A stretch of 38,213 nucleotides of DNA from Fidelibacterota bacterium (GTDB lineage Bacteria > Fidelibacterota > Fidelibacteria > Fidelibacterales > DSDE01): positions 1-38,213 of the forward strand of contig JBJKQR010000061.1 of assembly GCA_046735395.1 (NCBI GenBank), written 5' to 3'. The position numbers and the translations under genes were made by a program. The notes under the pieces are model-generated. The model was not told the DNA's origin. It saw only the letters and a program-made list of their open reading frames with translations, and made no database searches. This document shows, one piece after another, positions 9,892 through 19,000 of the stretch. Every line of letters begins with the position of its first letter. Position 1 is the first letter of the stretch.

Positions 9892-10146
9892 TATTATGTT
9901 AATTCGCTTGGTGTTAGTCCTGTTTCTGTCTGCGGCCGGACAGAGGCACCAAACACGGTGACGGGTTGATTTCATTGTCAGGGTCCGGGCCTGATGATAT
10001 TTTATCTGTATTCCTGCGAAGGTGTTTTGTAAATTTCCCCGTGCAAGTTCCCACACCCCACATATGCTATTCTGATTACAGGGTTGAATGAGGTATAAGG
10101 CCGTGATGTCTGAGGCCGGGGCGGGAGATTTCGGGATGTCGAAAAA

Positions 10147-12162
10147 TTGAAAAAATTCATTAAAGACAGAAATTCACTCATTAACGTCGGTGGCGAGGGC
10201 GTGTTTATCGTTCTGTCACCGCTTGCTTTTTATTTTGCAGCTGCCGGCGCCGGAAGTGTCATCGCTCAATGGCGTCTGGCCGCGGCCCTTATCGCCGCCC
10301 TGTTCAGCCTGCTTTTCGCTTTTTCCATGTTTCGTCGGCCTGCTCCGGCCACCTATTTCGGTATTTTGGGAGCAATTTCTGCCTATGCGGCATTTTTTCC
10401 CTATCTGCGTAGCAATCCCTTTGCTGCACTGATGACGACGGTGATTCTGATCTACCTCATATTTCAGTTACATGATTTCAGGCCGAAGCTTCGGACTCAG
10501 CAATCGGTGGATCATGAACGCCGCTGTCTGCAGAGAGCCCGCAAGGGGCTGGCGGCAGTGATGCTGCTGACGGTTTTTTCCTTCTGGCTGAAGTCGGGAT
10601 CCGGTTTGGGACGATTTCAACCGGATATAGCCGGTGAATCCGCGGCGATGCTGCTCATGCTGCACTGGGCTTTTGTGCAGCCGGCATGGAAGCACCGGAT
10701 TACAACGGTTCTCATAAGCCTTCTGTTTCTCCTTATTGTCCTTCTGCCCTCATTGAGTTCGGAAACCGCACTTCGATTAATACCGGTTCTGCTGGGATTG
10801 CTGCTTCTGCCCCGGAGCCGGATAGCGGTGGAAAGCCGGGAAAGCTGGTGGGAAGTTCTGCTTCTGCATCCGGCCCGGCTGCTTATCAGCAGTTTTATTC
10901 TGTTAATTATTATGGGAACACTTCTGCTGCTGATCCCGGGTTCCACGACGCATGGCTTCATCCGAATTGTGGATGCGGCGTTTACCTCGGTGAGCGCCGT
11001 CTGTGTGACCGGGCTGGTGGTGCTGGATACGCCTCATGATTTCAGTCTGAGCGGACAGATGATCATTCTGCTGCTCATACAGCTGGGCGGCCTGGGTATC
11101 ATGGGTATTACGACGCTGGCTCTCCATGTGGTGGGCTATCGTTTCAGCCTGAAGCATGAACAGGTTCTCACATCCATGGCGCATACGGACCGCCGCAGCC
11201 TGGTGGATTCGCTGAAGATGATTGTGCGTTTCACATTCGTCATGGAAGGCAGCGGAGCGGTTATCCTTCTGTATCTGTTCATGAAGAACGGTGAATCTCT
11301 GTGGCCGGCACTCTGGCGGGGAATCTTTACATCCGTGTCAGCATTCTGCAATGCTGGATTTGCTCTGCAGAGCGACAGCCTCATCGGCTATCAGGGACAG
11401 AGTCTGATTTTAAATACGGTTGCCGTCCTGATTGTACTCGGCGGCCTGGCTCCGGCCGTGTCCCTTGTGATTCCTGCCTGGCTCAAGGGACTGCGCATTC
11501 CGATTACGGCCCGAATCGCCCTGGTCAGCACTGTCGTTCTGCTGGTATCCGGCACGCTGATGCTTCTCATTTTCGAATGGAACGGCCTTCTCGGCGGCCT
11601 CGGCCTCTGGGATAAGATTAATAACGCCTGGTTTCAGTCTGTGACGCTGAGAACGGCTGGCTTCAATTCCGTGGATATTCATAATGTGGGGAATGCGGCC
11701 TTTTTCATCATGGTGATTTTCATGTTCATCGGTGGAAGCCCGGGAGGGACAGCCGGCGGTGTGAAAACGACAACCATCTCCATCCTCTTTCTTACATTCT
11801 GGGCAAATATCAGCGGCCGGGAGGATGTGGTCATCCAGAACCGGCGGATCCGGCAATCCACCATCAACAAGGCGATTACCATCGTGATATCCGGAGCGCT
11901 CATCTGGAGCCTGTGCCTGCTTATGCTGGAAATGACCCAGCCACTTGCGGCACGGGATCTGATTTTTGAAGTGACATCCGCAATCGGAACGGTGGGACTC
12001 AGCACCGGCGTGACCGGACTGCTTGATGAAATCGGAAAGATCATCATCATGATTACGATGTTTTCCGGGAGAATCGGCCCCATGACCCTGCTCATGCTGC
12101 TTCAGGACAAATCGCAGTCCGACGGGAACAGAAATCCGGATGTGCGCATCAATCTGACATAA
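10147..12162 (+). CDS. ktrB: KtrB/TrkH-family K+ uptake membrane subunit with a long N-terminal multi-TM extension
   Basis: Four filter motifs SAVCVTGL, SAFCNAGF, LRTAGF, SAIGTVGL; IQLGGLG; FIGGSPGGTAGGVKTTT; MFSGRIGP. TTG start is uncertain. Confidence 0.9.
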   Translation: MKKFIKDRNSLINVGGEGVFIVLSPLAFYFAAAGAGSVIAQWRLAAALIAALFSLLFAFSMFRRPAPATYFGILGAISAYAAFFPYLRSNPFAALMTTVILIYLIFQLHDFRPKLRTQQSVDHERRCLQRARKGLAAVMLLTVFSFWLKSGSGLGRFQPDIAGESAAMLLMLHWAFVQPAWKHRITTVLISLLFLLIVLLPSLSSETALRLIPVLLGLLLLPRSRIAVESRESWWEVLLLHPARLLISSFILLIIMGTLLLLIPGSTTHGFIRIVDAAFTSVSAVCVTGLVVLDTPHDFSLSGQMIILLLIQLGGLGIMGITTLALHVVGYRFSLKHEQVLTSMAHTDRRSLVDSLKMIVRFTFVMEGSGAVILLYLFMKNGESLWPALWRGIFTSVSAFCNAGFALQSDSLIGYQGQSLILNTVAVLIVLGGLAPAVSLVIPAWLKGLRIPITARIALVSTVVLLVSGTLMLLIFEWNGLLGGLGLWDKINNAWFQSVTLRTAGFNSVDIHNVGNAAFFIMVIFMFIGGSPGGTAGGVKTTTISILFLTFWANISGREDVVIQNRRIRQSTINKAITIVISGALIWSLCLLMLEMTQPLAARDLIFEVTSAIGTVGLSTGVTGLLDEIGKIIIMITMFSGRIGPMTLLMLLQDKSQSDGNRNPDVRINLT

Positions 12163-12175
12163 GGAGATTAAAAAT

Positions 12176-12832
12176 ATGGCTCAACAGATATTGATCATCG
12201 GACTGGGACATTTCGGCATGTCACTGGCCCGGTCACTTTCAGAAAAGGGTGCGGAAGTGCTGGCGGTCGATTATCGCAAGGATCTGGTCGACGAAGCCTC
12301 CCTTTTCGTTACAGAAGCGGTAGTTGTGGATGCGACGGAGGAAAATGAGCTGGCGCGGCTTGAGCCGGGGAAACGGGACGCGGCGGTCTGTGCCATCGGA
12401 GATGAATCCCGGGAAGCGTCCATTATCTGCACGGCTCTGCTTCGTCAGATGGGAGCGCCGCTGATCATCGCCAGGGCCAATGATAAAATGCACCAGCGAA
12501 TTCTTCAGCTGGTGGGCGCGCATGAAATCATTAATCCGGAAGAGGAATTCGGAAAACGCTTTGCCATCCGGCTGCGTTATCGGAATGTGATCGCCGATAC
12601 CCGGCTGGGTGATGATCTGCAGCTGACGGAAATTTCCGTTCAGCCCTACATGGCGGGAAAGACACTGGTCACGCTGGCGCTGCCGAAGCGTTTCGGTGTC
12701 ATTGTCGCCGCGATCCGCCGCGGAAAAAACGGCCAGATCGTTCAACCCTCTCCGAACGAGGCGCTGAAAGAGGAAGACCGTCTTATTATCGTTTCGGACG
12801 AAGACGGGATCGCCCGGCTGGTGAAGGGATAG
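12176..12832 (+). CDS. ktrA: KtrA/TrkA-family K+ uptake regulatory subunit (RCK_N + RCK_C)
   Basis: IIGLGHFG Rossmann motif, AVCAIG, IIARA, LVGAHEIINPE, RCK_C; AAGGAG RBS. Confidence 0.93.
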   Translation: MAQQILIIGLGHFGMSLARSLSEKGAEVLAVDYRKDLVDEASLFVTEAVVVDATEENELARLEPGKRDAAVCAIGDESREASIICTALLRQMGAPLIIARANDKMHQRILQLVGAHEIINPEEEFGKRFAIRLRYRNVIADTRLGDDLQLTEISVQPYMAGKTLVTLALPKRFGVIVAAIRRGKNGQIVQPSPNEALKEEDRLIIVSDEDGIARLVKG

Positions 12833-12836
12833 GGCC

Positions 12837-13496
12837 ATGAAGTTTTCACAGTCCGTTAAAATCGGAGGCTGGTTTCTCGTCAGCCTCAACCTGCTGATGG
12901 CCCTGGGCGCAATCTGGGTGTTTCTGCGCATGGCTCCGGCCATCCGGGTCATCATTGACCAGAATGAGCGGTCACTCCAGGCCTGTGAGAATATGCTCAC
13001 GGTGCTGGCAGCGGGAAAAGCAGACCCGGAACGTGGCGAATCGTTGCAGCAGCTATTCACGGAAGCCCTGCAGCGTGCGGAAAATAATATTACGGAGACG
13101 GATGAACCCGCAGCACTGCAGGCCATCAGAGCTCACTATGACAAAGCTCTGGCCGGCGATGAAATTTCAGCGAAAAAAACCATCGAAGCCATATCCGCAT
13201 TGAGTGAGATCAACCGGTCCGCCATGATCCGCGCCGATATGAAGGCGCAGCAGTTCGGCAGCGCCGGCGCCTGGGGTATTGTATTCATGGCTGTGGCCGT
13301 CTTTTTTACCGGTATGCTGGTTCTGCGCAGCCAGAACCGGAACCTCATTCTGCCGCTGGAGGAAATATACAGCGTGATTCAGGCCCGGAATAACGGGGAC
13401 AGGCTGAGACGCTGTTCCGGTGCAGAATTGCCGGCCGATATCCGGCGCCTGTACAGTGAGATCAATGATCTGCTGGATCGGGATCGCAGCCGCTGA
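12837..13496 (+). CDS. Membrane protein TM-four-helix bundle (4HB_MCP-like)-TM-HAMP, with no output domain
   Basis: Two TM helices flanking IIDQNERSL...ENNITETDE...EINRSAM; HAMP-like PLEEI...GD...DIRRL...INDLLDR, then stop. Confidence 0.75.
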   Translation: MKFSQSVKIGGWFLVSLNLLMALGAIWVFLRMAPAIRVIIDQNERSLQACENMLTVLAAGKADPERGESLQQLFTEALQRAENNITETDEPAALQAIRAHYDKALAGDEISAKKTIEAISALSEINRSAMIRADMKAQQFGSAGAWGIVFMAVAVFFTGMLVLRSQNRNLILPLEEIYSVIQARNNGDRLRRCSGAELPADIRRLYSEINDLLDRDRSR

Positions 13497-13560
13497 TCCA
13501 ATCTTTTAGTACTGACCTGCGTGGATCTGTACTGGTTCTCCATCAATGTACGATCTGTAT

Positions 13561-13588
13561 CGGGTTTCCATCGGGAACCCGGTCTTTT
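13561..13588 (+). terminator. Putative terminator of the ktr operon
   Basis: CGGGTTTCC-ATC-GGGAACCCG hairpin followed by GTCTTTT. Confidence 0.5.
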
Positions 13589-13810
13589 GTCCGATCCAAT
13601 ATTTTTGTGGATTGACAGACATATTTATGTATATTTATTGAAGTCGGGAGATCGTATCCATATGGACAAATCGGCAGATCTGTCTGGAATAATTACGTTA
13701 ATAAAGAGGTCAGTCCGGTCTGGAAACAGGGCGGCTTTCCGCACTGGTGGGTTTGGGGGGAAAGGCCGGGACAGAGGCTGGATCATGAAGTGTGAAGAGG
13801 GGGGCGGAAT

Positions 13811-15238
13811 ATGAAAGGAAGACGGGTTCTTATTCTTGTGGCAGGCATGATGATGCTCGTCTGGGCGGGAGAATCACGTGCCGCTGTGAAGGAGGACCGA
13901 ACAAGGATACTCGTGCTGGGCTCAAATCAGGATATAGACAGTACGGCAAAAAGCCTTGAAGCAGAAATTCAGGGTATCTGCGTATCGAAACTGATGAGTC
14001 TGAACCGGCATGAAGTAATTGACCGGGCCCATCTGGATGTGATTCTGAAGGAGCAGGCGCTGATGCTGAGCGGTGTTCTGACCGATTCGGTCATGATGGA
14101 GCTGGGACAGATTTCCTCTGCTTCGGAGGCTTTGATAGTTACCCTGCATCAGCACACGCAGAAAGGGGTGCCGCCGGATGACGATGCAACCAACGATAAA
14201 AGTGATCTCAGTTTCGGGCAGCAGCTGGCTCTGATCGTGGTCAAGGGCCTGGTAGAGGGCAGCAGGAAGAAGGATTATTCCAATAATATACAGACCTATG
14301 TCTCGGCTGATGTCAATCTGGTAAATCTGGAAAGCGGTCAGGTGCTGGGCAGTTTCACTTTGGAAGGACATAATACGGGCGGATCGGCGGGAAGAAGCAT
14401 GGGACTGGCCCTGAAAAATCTCGGGAAGGATCTGGAAAATAAACTGAAGGAAATGTTTCTGGTTCAGGTGGAGGTTGTTCGGACTGACGTCTCGGATATT
14501 TACTGTATTCCCGGATCGGAGATGGGCGTGAAGGAAGGCAGTATCTATGTGCTTCGCAGCAGCCCCGATACGCTGATGAACAATGGAAAGATTCATGAAC
14601 TGCCGGGGCGGAGAATCGGTTTTATTAAATGTGTGGATGTGTCTCCGGATCTGTTCAGGGGAAAAATGGTGAGACAGAATGAATTTCCGGCGAAGGGAGC
14701 CACAGGGCAGGAACTTCTGTCATCGCCGCGGGTCTGGCAGCTTGAAACGGATCTGACTCCGGGCGGAATCGGTGGCAGCGTGGGGGCTCTGAGTTCGTCT
14801 CTGTCCTCGTGGTATACGGTGGGCGGCCTGGGATTCAGCCATTATAGCGACAGCCGGAATTCGGCGTTCTGGAGCTTTGTTGTGAATGGCGCGGCCTGTC
14901 ATGATTTCCCGCTGAGTACAAGGGCCGCGCTGGTCGGAGGGCTCGGCAGCGATATATCCATCATGTGGCGGAAGGATGATGCGGGGCACTCCGTAACAGC
15001 CGTGGGTTTTGCCATCGGGCCGGAAGCCGGACTGAGATTCAGCCTGAAGGAGGATCTGGATCTGCTCATTTCCGGCGGATTTCATATGTTCGTGATGAGT
15101 GACTGGGAATATTCGGAAGATCCGTCGGATTCGGATTCGAAACTTCTGCCGGCGGTCTGGACGGGGTCTGCGCCGGACTTCGACAACAGCGGCGCCTATA
15201 TTCGAGCCAGCCTGAGATTCTGGAATTTTCAACCCTGA
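13811..15238 (+). CDS. Secreted protein with CsgG/FlgT-like N-terminal domain and probable C-terminal outer-membrane beta-barrel
   Basis: Signal peptide; EVIDRAHLDVILKEQAL..SG and ADVNLVNLESGQV (CsgG-like); GSEMGVKEG (FlgT_C-like); alternating beta strands ending YIRASLRFW. Confidence 0.6.
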   Translation: MKGRRVLILVAGMMMLVWAGESRAAVKEDRTRILVLGSNQDIDSTAKSLEAEIQGICVSKLMSLNRHEVIDRAHLDVILKEQALMLSGVLTDSVMMELGQISSASEALIVTLHQHTQKGVPPDDDATNDKSDLSFGQQLALIVVKGLVEGSRKKDYSNNIQTYVSADVNLVNLESGQVLGSFTLEGHNTGGSAGRSMGLALKNLGKDLENKLKEMFLVQVEVVRTDVSDIYCIPGSEMGVKEGSIYVLRSSPDTLMNNGKIHELPGRRIGFIKCVDVSPDLFRGKMVRQNEFPAKGATGQELLSSPRVWQLETDLTPGGIGGSVGALSSSLSSWYTVGGLGFSHYSDSRNSAFWSFVVNGAACHDFPLSTRAALVGGLGSDISIMWRKDDAGHSVTAVGFAIGPEAGLRFSLKEDLDLLISGGFHMFVMSDWEYSEDPSDSDSKLLPAVWTGSAPDFDNSGAYIRASLRFWNFQP

Positions 15239-15308
15239 AAGCGGTGATATCATTAGAGAAGATCAAAAATCCTACCGGTCCCTGCAGCGCCACCTGAACC
15301 GTCAGGTC

Positions 15309-16421
15309 ATGGGATTTCCCGCTGTCCGGGACGGATCTGATATACGAATTCTGAGACATATTTTTTCACCGGAGGAAGCGGCGATCGCCACCTGTCTCAG
15401 CTATCGTCACGAATCCGAATCTGTTCTCGCAGAGCGCATCACGCGGCAGCTCGGACCCATCGATGACCTGAGCGGAAAATTCAGGGAAATGCTGAAGAAA
15501 GGCGGGATCGAAGGAGTCGAGAAGGAGGGTGAAATCTGGTACTGCAATTCACCTCTGGTCGTTGGTATGTACGAAATGCAGCTGGGACGCCTGACTCCGG
15601 AATTCATACGGGATTTCAAGCGTTATACCCGCAGTGCGGCCTTCGGTTTAAGCTTTATCGGAACCGAACTTCCGCAGATGCGCACCATTCCCATTGAAAA
15701 AAGTATCCGGCCCGAGTACGTCGTTTCAGATTTTGACCGGGTCGATTCGCTGCTGAACCAGTCAGCCGGCCCCTTTGTCATCGTGGAGTGCATCTGCCGG
15801 AACAGGGCCGAAATGGAGGGAAAGACCTGTACCGTCACGAAGCGGAAAGAGACCTGCCTGGCCATCGGAAATATTGCGAAGACTGTCATTCTGAGCGGGC
15901 AGGGCCGTGAAATTGAACGGGATGAGGCAAAACAGATACTGAAAAAGAATCAGAAGGAGGGACTTGTCCTGCAGCCCTCCAATTCCATAGATCCCGAATT
16001 CATCTGTTCCTGCTGCGGCTGCTGCTGCAGTATGCTGAAAACGCAGAAATCGCTTCCCCGGCCTCTGGACTACTGGGCCAGCAATTTTCAGGCGCTTCCG
16101 GTTCCGGACCGCTGTACCGGCTGCGGCGCCTGTCTCAAACGCTGTCAGATGGATGCACTGTCCCTCGGGGCTTCCGGCAGCGATCCACAGGTGAATCCGG
16201 ATACCTGCATCGGATGCGGACAGTGCGTGGCTGTCTGCGCCAGTCAGGCTCTCATTCTGAAGAAAAAGGTGGACGAGACCATTCCGCCGCCCACACGCGA
16301 AGCGCTGCATGATATTCTTCTGGATAAGCGGAAGGGTGTCTGGCAGATGACCCGCCTTGCCCTGAAATATATGCGGGACTCGCTGATGAAACGAAAATTT
16401 CCTGTCGAACCGATAGACTGA
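15309..16421 (+). CDS. 4Fe-4S dicluster protein with CxCCxCCC motif (true start probably upstream, near 15252)
   Basis: CICR...C...ETC, ICSCCGCCC, two ferredoxin motifs CTGCGACLKRC and CIGCGQCVAVC; ILRHIFSPEEA N-terminal motif. Confidence 0.85.
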   Translation: MGFPAVRDGSDIRILRHIFSPEEAAIATCLSYRHESESVLAERITRQLGPIDDLSGKFREMLKKGGIEGVEKEGEIWYCNSPLVVGMYEMQLGRLTPEFIRDFKRYTRSAAFGLSFIGTELPQMRTIPIEKSIRPEYVVSDFDRVDSLLNQSAGPFVIVECICRNRAEMEGKTCTVTKRKETCLAIGNIAKTVILSGQGREIERDEAKQILKKNQKEGLVLQPSNSIDPEFICSCCGCCCSMLKTQKSLPRPLDYWASNFQALPVPDRCTGCGACLKRCQMDALSLGASGSDPQVNPDTCIGCGQCVAVCASQALILKKKVDETIPPPTREALHDILLDKRKGVWQMTRLALKYMRDSLMKRKFPVEPID

Positions 16422-16435
16422 TCAGATATATCAAG

Positions 16436-16507
16436 TATACGAATTTATATTAATTATATAATAATCGTATAATAACACTTGCATCGTATATTTCCATTCC
16501 GTATCTT
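16436..16507 (+). promoter_or_regulatory. sigma70 promoter and likely TetR operator
   Basis: TTGCAT(16479)-17 nt-TATCTT(16502); inverted TATACGA(16436)/TCGTATA(16465); further CGTAT half-sites overlapping the -35 and -10. Confidence 0.55.
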
Positions 16508-16519
16508 GATGATGAAAGG

Positions 16520-17149
16520 ATGGAGTGTATGGATACGGGGAAAACGACGGAAAATTCAGAGATCCGGAACCGCAAGGAAGCCGATCTGCTGAATGCCGCC
16601 CGCGATCTGTTCTTTAAATTCGGGTATCGGAAGGTGACGGTGGAGGATATCTGCCGCCAGGCTCAGGTCAGCAAGATGACCTTCTATAAATATTTTTCCA
16701 ATAAGAAGGATATATTCAAACAAATTCTGAAGATGAGTATGGATGAGGGATATGAATTGCTGGATGAATTGTCCCGGTCCGATGAGCCGTTTTCCGTAAA
16801 GATAAAAAAGATGCTGGATCTGAAGCAAAAGACGGTGGACAGTTACAGTCCGGAATTAATTCAGGATATCTTGTCCACGGAAGGAGATCTGGTCGGATTT
16901 TTCCGGGAAATGACGGCGGAAGTTCTGACGGCTTTCGTGGATTTTATCAAGCTCTGTCAGGCCCGGGGAGAGGTGAGACCGGATATGAAACCCGAATTTC
17001 TGCTGGCTGTCATTACCCAGCTCAGCGACTGGGTGATGGCTTCCGATATCCATAATCTGTATGACAATTATACGGATTTTGCCCTCGAGGTTAATAAATT
17101 TCTGTTTTATGGAATCCTGCCTATTCATGAGGGAGAGGATCATGCGTAA
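16520..17149 (+). CDS. TetR/AcrR family transcriptional regulator
   Basis: LLNAARDLFFKFGYRKVTVEDICRQAQVSKMTFYKYFSNKKDI HTH; start may be ATG 16529. Confidence 0.95.
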   Translation: MECMDTGKTTENSEIRNRKEADLLNAARDLFFKFGYRKVTVEDICRQAQVSKMTFYKYFSNKKDIFKQILKMSMDEGYELLDELSRSDEPFSVKIKKMLDLKQKTVDSYSPELIQDILSTEGDLVGFFREMTAEVLTAFVDFIKLCQARGEVRPDMKPEFLLAVITQLSDWVMASDIHNLYDNYTDFALEVNKFLFYGILPIHEGEDHA

Positions 17150-18230
17150 ACGATTGACAGTTCTGATCCTTGTGGCAGCCATGGCTCTGCAGGGCGAAGT
17201 CCTGTTCAAGCTGCAGGCCTCTGGCTATGCAGCCAGGCTTTCGGGCGGGATGGATCAGGGCGGATTTCAGATTCTTCCTGAAATTCAGGCGAAGCAGAGC
17301 GTGGCCTCCCTGCCGCTGGAGCTGATTGCCATCGGGAATATGTATGGAACTGCGCGCTCCGGCGTAACTTCAGAAGCGGATATGGACTGGTATCGTGCCG
17401 TTCTGAGGGCGGGTGGTGATCGCTATGATATGAAAATCGGACTGCAGAAGATCAATTTCGGTCCGGCCCGCTTTCTCCGGGTGCTGCAGTGGTTTGATAC
17501 GCTGAATCCTCTGGATCCTGCCGGCCACAGTGACGGCGTGAAGGCCGGGCTGCTGCGATTCTCCCCAAGCAATAATCTGTATATCTGGGCCTGGGGCATC
17601 CTGCCTGAATCGGAAAGGGTCTGGCCGGAGTATTCCATTACAGATCTGGACTGTCTGCCTACAGAGACATCCATTACCCGCAAGGGCGGCATCCGGATTC
17701 AGTTTTCGAAAGGAGTAACCGAACAGGCGCTTACCGTGTATCACCGACGCATTTCTCTGGACCGGGACCGGGAAGAAATTCGTTATGCCTACGATATTCG
17801 CGGAGAATATGTGCTGGGCTACTGGGTGGAAGCCATGCAGTCGCGGGTACCTGATCTGCGTGGAATTGCTCCGGAAAAGTCGAATGCAGTAACGGCCGGC
17901 CTGGACTACACATTGCCGCTGGGAAACGGAATCTATATCCTGGCAGAAACGACACGGCGGCAGCAGGGAAATATTCTCCTGTCCGATATGATCCATTACA
18001 GCCCGGCGATGCAGCAGAGCGTTCTGATGCTCAGCTATCCGATGGGAATATTCTCCAGCCTGATGGGACTGGGCAGTGTGGATCATCTGAAGGGCGGGGC
18101 TTCCGGAACGCTTATCTGGCAGAGAACGGGTGACCGGATCATTACGCAGGTGCTGGGTTCGCTGATGCACTCCCGGGACAGGGACACCTTCGATAAATTT
18201 ATTCAGATCATGGCGGTTCTGAATTTATAA
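17142..18230 (+). CDS. Putative outer-membrane beta-barrel protein
   Basis: Start reassigned to MRKRLTVLILVAAMALQG (signal peptide, GAGG RBS, overlaps the TetR stop); YRA.L...KIGLQKINFG...FD..NPLDP...GV, GLDYT motifs typical of barrels in these ABC/LolA-like operons. Confidence 0.7.
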   Translation: MRKRLTVLILVAAMALQGEVLFKLQASGYAARLSGGMDQGGFQILPEIQAKQSVASLPLELIAIGNMYGTARSGVTSEADMDWYRAVLRAGGDRYDMKIGLQKINFGPARFLRVLQWFDTLNPLDPAGHSDGVKAGLLRFSPSNNLYIWAWGILPESERVWPEYSITDLDCLPTETSITRKGGIRIQFSKGVTEQALTVYHRRISLDRDREEIRYAYDIRGEYVLGYWVEAMQSRVPDLRGIAPEKSNAVTAGLDYTLPLGNGIYILAETTRRQQGNILLSDMIHYSPAMQQSVLMLSYPMGIFSSLMGLGSVDHLKGGASGTLIWQRTGDRIITQVLGSLMHSRDRDTFDKFIQIMAVLNL

Positions 18231-18262
18231 TTGATTAGGAATCGTGGAAAAGGACCAAAAAG

Positions 18263-18985
18263 ATGAAAGGAATAGAGAAGATGGACAGAAGCGATAACCT
18301 GGTTTCAGTACGGGAACTGGTGAAACAGTATCCCATGGGTTTGAGTAAATTCACGGCTCTGAACGGGATCAATCTGGAAATCGGCAAGGGTGAATTCATG
18401 GGACTGGTGGGGCCCAGCGGGTCGGGCAAAACGACGTTGCTGAATATCATCGGCGCCCTGGACAATCCCAGCAGCGGTTCGGCTGTGGTTCTGGGGCAGG
18501 CCGTGGAAAATATGAGTCAGCGGCAGTCGGCCACTCTTCGGAATCATCATCTCGGATTCATCTTTCAGACCTACAATCTCCTTCCTGTTTATACGGTCTA
18601 TGAAAATGTGGAATTTCCCCTGCTGCTTCTGAAAATGGAGGCGGCAAAGCGCCGAAAAATGGTTATGGAAGCGCTGGAATGGGTGGGACTCACGGACAAG
18701 GTGAATTCCCGGCCGAGACAACTGTCCGGCGGAGAAAGCCAACGGGTGGCCATTGCCCGGGCCATGGTGAAAAAGCCCGATATTGTTCTCGCCGATGAGC
18801 CGACGGCGAATCTGGACGCAAAAAATTCATTTCATATTCTCGATACCATGAAGGCGCTGAACCGGGATCTGAAGACGACCTTCATTTTTGCGACCCATGA
18901 TGAAAAGGTCATTAAATATCTGGATCGTATCGTGACGCTGATGGACGGAAAAATCGTTGAAGATTCACCGGCTGTCCGGTCCTGA
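18263..18985 (+). CDS. ABC transporter ATP-binding protein, LolD/MacB type
   Basis: GPSGSGKTT Walker A, GFIFQ, LSGGESQRVAIARA, VLADEPTANLD, ATHD; start may be 18281. Confidence 0.96.
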   Translation: MKGIEKMDRSDNLVSVRELVKQYPMGLSKFTALNGINLEIGKGEFMGLVGPSGSGKTTLLNIIGALDNPSSGSAVVLGQAVENMSQRQSATLRNHHLGFIFQTYNLLPVYTVYENVEFPLLLLKMEAAKRRKMVMEALEWVGLTDKVNSRPRQLSGGESQRVAIARAMVKKPDIVLADEPTANLDAKNSFHILDTMKALNRDLKTTFIFATHDEKVIKYLDRIVTLMDGKIVEDSPAVRS

Positions 18986-19000
18986 TGCGGGGAGGTGAGT

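Noticed and set aside
9900..10146. c-di-AMP (ydaO) riboswitch upstream of ktrB
   Set aside because: Two hairpins are present but the conserved GCTGAA/GGGGAACC/GGGGTGAAT blocks are not; an Rfam scan would settle it
13521..13814. 97-aa intergenic ORF
   Set aside because: GTG start without RBS; spans a terminator-like hairpin and promoter-like sequence; no motif
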